Part shown: positions 9,450 to 18,091 of the stretch, one piece after another
How positions within the stretch are numbered: position 1 is the first letter of the stretch
Layout: every line of letters begins with the position of its first letter
Assembly: GCF_006345805.1 (NCBI RefSeq)
Contig: NW_021824713.1
Span: 1-18,091, forward strand
Length of the DNA: 18,091 bases
From: Octopus sinensis
Taxonomy: Eukaryota
Direction of reading: 5' to 3'
Program-made: the position numbers and the translations under genes
The notes under the pieces: generated by a model
The model's input: the letters and a program-made list of their open reading frames with translations, nothing else
The model's database searches: none
Told to the model about the DNA's origin: nothing

Positions 9450-9508
9450 CTCAATATTGAATCAGTTTCGGAATTAACCACATAAGGGTTCGTTCGTCTT
9501 CAGTTGAG
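9450..9508 (-). ncRNA. Degenerate type I hammerhead ribozyme
   Basis: Minus strand CUCAA-CUGAAGA-cgaacgaacc(cuuaugu)gguuaauucc-GAAA-cugauucaa-UA^UUGAG. The core is intact and stem I is a perfect 5 bp, but there is a C:C mismatch at 10.1/11.1 and C:A at 15.2/16.2. Confidence 0.55.
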
Positions 9509-9604
9509 CTTACGAGAGAATATAAGTAAGATACTCACATGCGCCTCTGGAAACAGCCGAAACGAATAACAAGTATATCTGAAACTATATCTACAAGTAT
9601 GAGT

Positions 9605-9770
9605 ACGTGTATGTATGTCTGTATGTATGTATGTATGTATGCATGCATGTATGTATGTATGTATGTATGTATGTATGTATGTACGTACGTACGTATGTAT
9701 GTATGTTTGTATGTATGTGTGTATGCATGTATGCATGTATGTATGTATGTGTGTGTATGCATGCATGTAT
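9605..9770. repeat. (TATG)n microsatellite
   Basis: Directly visible. Similar tracts occur at ~960-1017, 8605-8655 and 13020-13050. Confidence 0.95.
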
Positions 9771-9794
9771 GTGAGTATTTAAAGAGATAATGCT

Positions 9795-9865
9795 AAATGT
9801 CGAATAGTTTAAAGAATTGGCTATTGACATCATTGTCGTGGGTTCAAGTCCTCCAGTTGGCTCAG
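9795..9865 (+). mobile_element. Decayed tRNA-like head (SINE remnant or tRNA pseudogene)
   Basis: B-box-like gggttcaagtcct at 9840-9852 with a weak A-box-like segment ~40 nt upstream. No convincing cloverleaf. Confidence 0.35.
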
Positions 9866-10005
9866 GCGCATTATACAAATCTACACTTCTATCAGAAAAC
9901 AGCAGGCGATACCCTACCTAGTCCCTCACAAATATGCTCGTATATCACACCCTGTCCCTGTTGAATTCCAGTTCTACATACATCTGACATTATATTGGTT
10001 ACTGT

Positions 10006-10120
10006 AAGGCGGCGAGCTGGCAAAAACGTTAGCAGGCAAGGCGAAATGCTTAACGGCATTTTGTCTGACTTTACGTCCTGAGTTCAAATTCCGCCGAGGT
10101 CGACTTTGTCTTTCATCCTT
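10006..10120 (+). mobile_element. 5' half of SINE family C
   Basis: aaggcggcgagctggcaaaaacgttagc...ctgagttcaaattccgccgaggtcgactttgtctttcatcctt is homologous to the head of 4046-4281. Confidence 0.85.
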
Positions 10121-10129
10121 GTATATATG

Positions 10130-10687
10130 TATTAATGGAAGCGACTGAGTCTGACGTGTGTGTTCGTGTGTGTATATGTGTTTACGTGTGTTTATGTGTG
10201 TAACGTGTATGTAGCAGCTGATCTGCTTTTTCAAGTGGTGTGTGCACATGTGTATGTGTGTGTGTGTGACCAAATAGTGGGCGAAAGTTATCTTTATCTA
10301 TCCCTGTTGCGTGTGCTTATGCGTGTTGCGTGTGAGTGTATATGTCCGTATTCAGGTATTATGTGCTTGTGTGTGTGGGAGTGTGCATGATGGTGTGTGT
10401 TGTGTATACTGAATGAAACTGCGTGTGTGGCTGCTCGTATAGTGGTATTTGTGGTGACATTATTGGAGATTGTGTGTGGGGTGGCTGCTGAGAAGTGGTC
10501 GGCGCTAGTGTGTGTGGAGTGGAAAGGCGCTGCGGGTGTGTGTAATGGTGTGTGAAGTGAGTGATGAGTTGAACAGTGTATATAGATGTGCGTGTGTGCT
10601 GAGGGTACCGAAGTGGGCAGAATGGTGTGTAGGTGGAAGAGTACAGTTGAATGTGGGATATGTGTGGGAATATTTGTGGGGTTAGTG
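10130..10687 (-). other. CA-rich low-complexity region, probable 3' UTR of the Penelope-like element
   Basis: It continues the C-rich strand bias of the ORF directly downstream of its stop codon. The His/Thr-rich ORF 10294-10737 is a by-product. Confidence 0.5.
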
Positions 10688-11663
10688 TCAGAGGAAGAGA
10701 GGCAGTGAGTTGAAACCATGTAGTGCACAGGAACCAAGAGAGGAGATTAATTTCCGTTCACGGTGAAGGCGGGAGTCTGGGTGCCCCTCCCCCTGCAAAG
10801 ATAGTCCGAACACAGACAGATGTTGTAGCGAATGACCAGTAGAGCGGAAGTGGTTCGAGACCGGGATGTCATTGCCGAGTCTGATATCTCGAAGGTGCTC
10901 CGCGAACTGGTCAGACAAGTGGCGTCCTGTTTGACCAATGTACAGGGAAGGACAGAGAGAGCAGGATATGCAGCAAATAACATTACTAGAGGTGCAAGTA
11001 AAGGAGTCGGTGATGTAATAGGGACGATGATGGGGGCCTGTAAGTTTGGTAGTGTTGGAGGAGTATGGGCAGCTGCGACAGAGTGGGTGGGAGAAGGAGA
11101 AAGAATCAGGCTGGGAGGTGGGGACCGGGAGGCCACGCTGGATATGGGCTCGTTTGAAGGAGGAAAGGGGTAGGTTAGGGAAGATGTGCGAGGTGTAGGG
11201 GTCAGACTGGAGTCGCTAGAAGGCTCGCAGAATGGTGCGTTGAAGGAGTGGTCGGTGAGGGGAAACGGGAGACAGGGAAGCGTGGTGTGAATATAAGAAG
11301 AAAGAGCAGATGAACGGTCCACAGATTGTGCCAGGGCTAGGGCAGTCTGGATAATGGTGACGTATATCCATGTAGGATGAAGTAACGAGCCATGAGCTGA
11401 GACTGAGTCTCACAGTCATGGTCATCACTGCAGAGTGTGCGTAGACGGAGAGATTGGGAGAAGGGGATGGAGAGCTTGGTTTTGTTAGGGCTAGAAGAGG
11501 AGCATTTAAGGAAGGAGTGTGAGTCGGTGTGTTAGTAGGGGATGGAGCTAGTAAGAGCGGAGTGGTGTATGCTGACAGAAATGTCGAGAAATTCGATGGA
11601 AGAGTTAGAGATAGTGCAGGAGAATTCCAGGGCAGGATGGAAGAATTGGACAAAGGAGAGGAG
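10688..11663 (-). mobile_element. 5'-truncated, decayed Penelope-like retroelement: RT C-terminus/thumb plus GIY-YIG endonuclease
   Basis: Manual translation gives FHPALEFSCTISNSSIEFLDISVSI...*HTDSHSFL...KLSIPFSQSLRLRTLCSDD...HGY, frameshifts, then LQRTILRAF*RLQSDP...HPLCRSCP...FTCTSSNVICCISCSLCPSLYIGQTGRHLSDQFAEHLRDIR...VSNHFRSTGHS...HGFN. This includes VIC (for GIY/VIY), YIG and the CCHH motif. Stops are at 11532-11534 and 11216-11218, and frame 11215-10688 is open. Confidence 0.92.
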
Positions 11664-11849
11664 TGTATTTTATGCTTATGTTTATATATTCATATATTAT
11701 ATATTTATACCGAAAGCGATTTGTGGATTTCGTTTGCAGTTATAATAGAAATATTAGCTAGCATAAAACATCTTTGCAAGATAGAACTCCCTGGAATTAG
11801 GTACACCGATGTAGATACTAACAGCTCATTCTTTCAATCTCAATCTCAT

Positions 11850-11910
11850 GCTCTCTCTCGCTCTCTTTCTCTCACTCCCTCTCCCTCTCTCTCTCTCTCC
11901 CTATCTCTCA
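11850..11910. repeat. (CT)n tract
   Basis: Directly visible. Confidence 0.9.
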
Positions 11911-12057
11911 ATCCTCTCGATTTCTAAACTACAAACCTCCATGAAAACAAAGGAAAAACATACATTCCAAGAATGTCTGCCAGACTTCAGTTATTTCCCG
12001 ACTATAAACACTTGTCTCGCGTCATAAATGATTTCGTTCATATATGTTGGGCTATGT

Positions 12058-12100
12058 AATGCTGATGATTTCTGAAAAGAATGAAATAGTGCTATACGTG
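12058..12100 (+). ncRNA. Possible degenerate type I hammerhead motif
   Basis: aaug-CUGAUGA-uuucu(gaaa)agaau-GAAA-uag(ug)cua-UA^cgug. Core boxes and stem III are present, but there is U:U at 10.1/11.1 and stem I is weak (G-C, U.G, A-U). Confidence 0.3.
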
Positions 12101-12957
12101 ATTATTACTAACTAGAAGCTTTAAGAATGTCATAATCAGTAAACTAAAAAACAAAATTAAACACGTGTATTTTATGCATTTTTACTTGTATTCCGGAGAT
12201 GTACTTGCATAGCAAGTGATCTGATCATGTGCTGGAACGAAAACAATTGCAGCGTGGAAGGTATTCCTTAATATGAATATCACACTTCTAATCCCATCAA
12301 ATATTTTGAAGAAATTATTATCTCCCTTACATTTGCAGCACGCTTAAAAACGCCCCATATATTTATATGCTTCTATTCAAATACGTATTTCTGTGTGTAT
12401 GTGAAAATATATATATATATATGTGTGCGTGTCTGTGTGTGTGTGTGTGTATGTCTGTACAGACGATGCCCTACGAAAGTCTTTGTAAGTGCGAATGGCG
12501 CTCTTTTGTGATTTGCATTTAATAAATAAAATGAAAAAGAGCGCCAAATAGCTTGTTTACTGCATCATTATAGATTACTTAGATGCTTATATATATACAT
12601 ATATACATATATATACATATATACATATATAGAGAGAGAGAGACAGACAGACACATGCATACATACATAAAAATATGATTCTTTAAAAATTTCATATTCT
12701 ACTGATTTTGCACTTTGATTTTTATATAGATAGGTACATACTCGCACGCACAAGTACACACACATGCACACAATTATATACACAATCACACGTGAGCGTT
12801 AGGGAGCGGCATTATAGTACTCTGGTGCGCGTATTATGTCGGCGCTTGTGTTGTGCGTTTTTCTTTGCTTAGAAAGAATAAAGAGTGAAAATGGCTTTAA
12901 ACTGAACTTTATTCACTTGTAACGTACGTACATTAAACGCTACCTCCAAAAGTACAC

Positions 12958-12975
12958 ATACATACGTCCACACAT

Positions 12976-13006
<31 letters not shown>

Positions 13007-13055
13007 CACATATATACATACATACATGCATACATACATACATACATATATGTGT

Positions 13056-13144
<89 letters not shown>

Positions 13145-13182
13145 AGAGACAGACAGACAGACAGAGAGACAGACAAACAGAC

Positions 13183-13245
<63 letters not shown>

Positions 13246-13268
13246 GTGAGAGAGAGAGAGAGAGAGAG

Positions 13269-13325
<57 letters not shown>

Positions 13326-13465
13326 TCAACATACATATGTGTACATACATATATACACAATAGATATACTTATATAGATATATACATATATACATGTATA
13401 TGCCATATAAAGACATATGTATATGTATGTGCTTTATCATATATACATATATGTATATATATATA

Positions 13466-13510
<45 letters not shown>
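12958..13510. repeat. Compound microsatellite (CA, CATA, GACA, GATA, GA, TA, TG)
   Basis: Directly visible. It accounts for the SIYL/CLSV ORFs. Confidence 0.97.
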
Positions 13511-13511
<1 letters not shown>

Positions 13512-13804
13512 TAAGTATGTATTTATGATATTCATTGATTTAATTCATCGTTGCACATTTGTAATTTTAGATCACATGATTGCAATGCACCGAGTGTACA
13601 GCATTGTATGTGGTGCATTTTCATAAGTGAGGATAAAAGAGACAACAACGCAATATAAATAATGTAGTTGAAAAAAGGTTTTGATCCTGAGATCGGAAAC
13701 CATTGCAAGAGGGCGAACACGTGATTTAATCAATAAGTTTAGCTTTTGAAAATAAATATTTCTAAAATCACTTCAGTACGATGCTGAAGCTGATGGCGGC
13801 GCTA

Positions 13805-13900
13805 TTGGTGGTGGTTTGCGGTGGCGGTGTCTGTCGTGGTGGTGGTGGTGGTGGTGGTGTCTGTCGTGGTGGTGCTGGTGTTGTTGGTGGTGGTAGTGGT
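13805..13900. repeat. (GGT)n tract with a duplicated gtctgtcgt interruption
   Basis: Directly visible. Confidence 0.9.
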
Positions 13901-14279
13901 CGGAAGGAATTTTTCTGTTTCAAACAATCTTCACCGTTATTTCTCCTTTCTTTTAACTGTATCACATACATTACAGCACACGTGTGCAGTCAACCTTGGC
14001 GACTTTACTCGTATTTTTAATGTATGCATACGTATTTGCTTGTATATATATATATATGTGTGTGTGTATATATAAATGTGTGTTTGTATGTGTGTGTGTG
14101 TCTGGGTGTATATATATATGTGTGTGTGCGTGTGTGTGTGTGTACGTACGTATGCACATATAACAGTCTACGAATAGACTGGTACAAAATTAGATAGGCA
14201 TACACATTCATATATATATATAAGTGTGTGTGTGTATATATATATACATATAAAAATATATGTGTGTGTGTATGTGTGG

Positions 14280-14315
<36 letters not shown>

Positions 14316-14424
14316 CGACTTATCGACAAATGCTCACATTTGTTCATGTGTATATACATAATTATATGTATGTATATGTGTGTATGTGTGTGTGTGTTAT
14401 ATATTTATATATACATATATATAT

Positions 14425-14453
14425 GTAGCCGTAGCAACAGCAGCAGCAGTAGC

Positions 14454-14519
<66 letters not shown>

Positions 14520-14637
14520 GGTGGTGGTAGTCTTCGTCGTCGTCGTCGTTGTCATAATAGTAGTAGTAGTTAGTGGTAGTGGTGGTGGTGGTGGTGGTGG
14601 TGGTGGTGGTAGTGGTAGTAGTAGTAGTAGTAGTAGT
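14425..14637. repeat. (AGT)n/(GGT)n/(CGT)n compound trinucleotide microsatellite
   Basis: Directly visible. Confidence 0.97.
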
Positions 14638-14900
14638 TTAATATATGGAAGTATACAGTGTACACGCATAATTTAAAGACTTCCACTGAAACTGTTGTAG
14701 TGTGAATCCTATGTAGGTTCCCATAATGGCGTTATAGACTTCCTTTATTTCTCAGAAATATTATGAATAAATCTAAAACCAATTTGCCCTCCTCACACAC
14801 ACATGAACACGCACGTATACATAAGCTATACACTGAATCTCACTTTGAGTCTAACTATAAACGTTTAGTCAGCGTGTGAGAATCTAGCTGGTCTATCTTT

Positions 14901-14940
<40 letters not shown>

Positions 14941-15047
14941 CACATTGTTTCGACAGTTTATAAAGTTCTTATGGCGTCAATAATATATACAATTCACGGC
15001 GATAACATTAAAGTTCCTAAATAAAGACAAAGAAATACAAAGAATTA

Positions 15048-15110
15048 GTTCGGCCGAGTGGTATCTTGCTTGTTACATTTTGAGGAGATGTTGGTTCGAG
15101 TCTCACAGAG
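15048..15110 (+). mobile_element. Decayed tRNA-like head (SINE remnant or tRNA pseudogene)
   Basis: A-box-like cggccgagtggta and B box ggttcgagtctc (15093-15104). Stems are not recoverable by eye. Confidence 0.4.
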
Positions 15111-15208
15111 AGGCAATTGCTCCATTTCTATCCAAATTGGATTTTGCAAACAATTTTTTACATAGTATTATTTATAGATTTATGTACTTCAAGATCAAGT
15201 ATTGAAAA

Positions 15209-15248
<40 letters not shown>

Positions 15249-15348
15249 ATAGAAATGGTAAGACAACAAAAGAATGAAAGAGACCTCGATATTATATAAA
15301 TAGAGGAATTTATATGTAAATATAATGTGACAATTATACGGTAGCCAT

Positions 15349-15409
15349 GATAAAACTCCGAGTTTCGGATATCGGGGTGGAAATCCACGCCGCCATCTCT
15401 TCAGTTAGC
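15349..15409 (-). ncRNA. Type I hammerhead ribozyme, left arm of the palindrome
   Basis: Minus strand GCUAA-CUGAAGA-GAUGGCGGCGUGG(AUUU)CCACCCCGAUAUCC-GAAA-CU(CGG)AG-UU^UUAUC. The core is intact, stem II is extended, stem III is 3 bp and stem I has one C:U mismatch. Confidence 0.65.
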
Positions 15410-15449
15410 CGGCCATCGAAACAATGGTATGAAAATGTTTCGATGGCCG

Positions 15450-15510
15450 GATAACTGAAGAGATGGCAGCGTGGGCTTCCGCCCCGACATCCGAAACTTG
15501 GAGTTTTATC
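15450..15510 (+). ncRNA. Type I hammerhead ribozyme, right arm of the palindrome
   Basis: GAUAA-CUGAAGA(15455-15461)-GAUGGCAGCGUGG(GCUU)CCGCCCCGACAUCC-GAAA(15493-15496)-CU(UGG)AG-UU^UUAUC. Stem I is a perfect GAUAA/UUAUC, extendable by UGGCC/GGCUA. Predicted cut is 15505/15506 after GUU. Confidence 0.75.
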
Positions 15511-15542
15511 ATGGCTACCGAATAATTGTCACATATTATATT

Positions 15543-15581
<39 letters not shown>

Positions 15582-16697
15582 TCTCCATTCCTTAACTCTC
15601 GTGTTCTTATTCGCATACCCGACAACCCTGGTCGCCCACCATGAAATATAAAAAGTACTTTTTGTCAGTTTATCGTACTTCGATACGAAAAACTGAACAA
15701 GCCACTATTGCCCCTGAAAGTTGTTTTTTATATTTACTACGGATTGCTTGAATCTAACTTTCTTCCTGCACCTCGATCCTTGGATCTTATACACACGCAG
15801 GCGTGGTATGAATAAATCGTAAACAAGTTCACTTGCTGAAGTTCAATCCAGACTCTGTCTTAAAGGTTTCTTTGTTATGCTCCAGCAAATGCTATATACG
15901 AATTGATAATGCAATGGTGACTCATATGGGAAGGAGTGGGCTTACTATTTAAGCATTGGTTCTTAAAACTGTCTTTTCGCATTCCCATATATGATGTAAG
16001 GGTTTGTGCGCCTCCAGAAACTTAGACAACAGCTGACGATATATAGCTCTCTACTTTGACAATTGAAGTAAAGTTTTCTTGTAATTTTATATTACAGATT
16101 TATTTCACGTCTTCTAATGAACTGAATTTTGCTGATAAACGTCATTAAGATTGGTATTGTGTTTTACAGTTTTCAATAAACAATACCACAGAAAAATAAA
16201 GGAAAGTTAACATAAACAGCTACGATATCATGACACGCAAAATTTTTAAGATGATACATCGTTAATAATTTGAAATGCATTGTATGTGTATAATTATATA
16301 TATATATATATATTATATATATTATATATCCTTTTTTTTATTCCCCGCAATATTAACGACGATGTTTTACCCTCTTCAGTTAAAGCCTCGTTCTCATCAA
16401 TACCATTATTATATATACCACTACCAAGTAAGTTCTAGGTCGTTGTTTAACCTATTGCAAATAGAACTTAGATTTCTACAAATCCAAATTTAACGTCCTT
16501 CAACTAGTAAGGTACATTCACCAATGTAGACAAAAAAAAAAATGTGAGATGGATACGACTGAAATATCTTTGAATCAGAAGTAACATTGCGCTAAACAAT
16601 GACAGTTACAGAGCAAATACCAAGACAGAGACGGAGTTACTTGATATACCAGAAACAACAAATAATTCGCCTTTGAATTTTACTCTATTGTGTAAAG

Positions 16698-16923
16698 CAG
16701 TGTTTGTCAACCATTTTTCTACCTATGGAGCTTTATGATTCCTGTTTTATGAGATGGACCCTTCTAGCCATTCGATGTTTAAAAAATTCAATATTTATAT
16801 AACTAAATATTATTAGGAATTTTTTAAATATTTTATGCATTGAAGAAATATAAACAATTTTCACACCAAGTCATATATGAATCACCAAGGATCATATGAT
16901 CTAAAGGAAGAAATAACACATTG
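16698..16923. mobile_element. Degenerate hAT-like MITE
   Basis: Left end cagtgtttgtcaacc resembles CAGTG...CAACC hAT/Charlie-type TIRs. The right end is badly decayed and no target-site duplication is recognised. Confidence 0.35.
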
Positions 16924-17767
16924 AATATATTGGCCTAGATAGACTATGCCTGAATGAAAGGCTGAATGATCCCAGTTTCAATGTCTTTTATGCCTTGTCT
17001 GTATTCCATCGATAATCTCTCTCTTCTACCTCTTCATATGTATCTCCACCTTCTTCCTCTTTACCCCCCACATCTACACATATGCATGCATCTCTTCATC
17101 TCGCAGTTTTATTATTCTATCGCTTCTAGTGTTAAATCAAAATATGACCGCTCGTGATGTTCCACGTTTGTCTACACGTTTTAAATGTTATAAACACCGG
17201 TAATTTAATCTAATGTAGTTACAAGTGCGTATGTTGATTTCATTCTAGCTTGGGTAATACAAATCAGTAAATGTTTTGTTTACTGATTTCTATGCCATGA
17301 CAAGCATTTTCGGCTTAAGCCGGAATGTCTTGTGTATTCGTCACTGAGGAGACGAAATTAAGCCGAAACTACCGTGCCTTGCTTTCGACTGGAGTTTTGT
17401 GGGGAAACCTTGTGCTTTTCGGACGTAAAATATTACATCTAGTGATATTTCTACCTTTATACACACACACATACACACTACATATATATAAAAATATATA
17501 TATATATACATATATATACCCCACACACACACACTGCTGCTACTACTACTAATTTAATGTAGCAATGCTTCCCGGTACTTATAGTTATTCAAATACCTAT
17601 ATTAAATGCGTTGAAAGTGTTGAATCTCGTTGTGTATGAGCCTGCTTAAGAGCAAATATATAACAGCTATGCAAATTTGTGCATTAAAATCTGTAATCGT
17701 ATGGCATAGCAACGAGCCGAACCTCGCAGTAGCATGGGGAGAGAATCTCGGTTTTAATTGCTACTGG

Positions 17768-17870
17768 TAGGTGGCGAATTGGCAAGAAAAGGAGGTAGAA
17801 TTGCAAAATCGTTAATGTTAAACAAAATGCCCTTACAGAATTTCTTCCGGTTCGAAACATTCGAGGTCAA
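17768..17870 (+). mobile_element. Old decayed head of SINE family C
   Basis: aggtggcgaattggcaa...aaaatcgtta...aaaatgc...ttcgaggtcaaac loosely follows the family C head, and its start appears duplicated. Confidence 0.4.
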
Positions 17871-17928
17871 ACGTATATGCAATCACTCTCAAGACGATAA
17901 AATAAAGTTCTGTTATTATTATTATTAA

Positions 17929-18054
17929 GCGAGGTCGACTTTGCCTTTCATCATTTCGGAGTCGATAAATTAAGTACCAGTGAAACACTGGAGGTCGATG
18001 TAATTGATTTATCTTCTCCCCCAAAATGACTGCCCTTGGGGCAAAATATAAAAC

Positions 18055-18089
<35 letters not shown>

Positions 18090-18091
18090 TA
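17929..18091 (+). mobile_element. 5'-truncated SINE family C with (ATT)n tail
   Basis: gcgaggtcgactttgcctttcatc...gtcgataaattaagtaccag...ctggaggtcgatgtaat is homologous to 4046-4281. It has (ATT)n on both sides and a different 3' end from the 4046 copy. Confidence 0.8.

Larger units (their letters stand above)
15311..15550. repeat. 240-bp near-perfect palindrome (arms 15311-15423 and 15436-15550, 12-nt spacer)
   Basis: The arms differ by 8 substitutions and one 2-nt indel. It is bounded by TA-rich sequence. Confidence 0.97.

Noticed and set aside
10294-11927. Long ORFs 10294-10737, 10747-11322, 10832-11173, 11216-11653 and 11529-11927 as separate genes
   Set aside because: They are mostly off-frame or antisense readings of the decayed Penelope-like element and its UTR.
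13781-14020. ORF resembling a signal peptide plus Gly-rich secreted protein (MLKLMAALLVVVCGGG...)
   Set aside because: It is driven by a (GGT)n tract and the other frames give poly-V or poly-P/T. No independent gene evidence.
16098-16180. Possible terminal exon (acceptor at 16097, IYFTSSNELNFADKRH*, AATAAA at 16175-16180)
   Set aside because: Only 16 codons, no upstream exons identified, and the signals are expected by chance at this composition.
17341-17376. Hammerhead-like CUGAGGA...GAAAC motif
   Set aside because: Position 17 would be G, stem I cannot form, stem II has a mismatch, and an alternative hairpin ttcgtc/gacgaa sequesters the core.

Overview
AT-rich, microsatellite-dense eukaryotic DNA. 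The SINE types look like those of Octopus (from recall, not a database search). No host protein-coding exon, intact tRNA, rRNA or CRISPR array can be supported, and nearly all ORFs in the track are translated simple repeats. The window is a patchwork of mobile elements: several tRNA-derived SINE families, three long-TIR foldback/MITE elements, a non-autonomous Helitron with canonical ends, a Helentron/HINE-like element, a decayed Penelope-like retroelement (RT thumb plus GIY-YIG endonuclease, 10688-11663, minus strand) and a Penelope-type terminal-repeat fragment. The main hidden signal is a set of type I hammerhead ribozyme (HHR) motifs. One is a minimal HHR at 8764-8798 (-), two are degenerate (9450-9508 -, 12058-12100 +), and a 240-bp palindrome (15311-15550) has a complete HHR in each arm, pointing away from the centre (15349-15409 -, 15450-15510 +). 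A ~480-bp tandem duplication at 848-1760 may be an assembly artefact. All folds and alignments were done by eye, and element boundaries are approximate.
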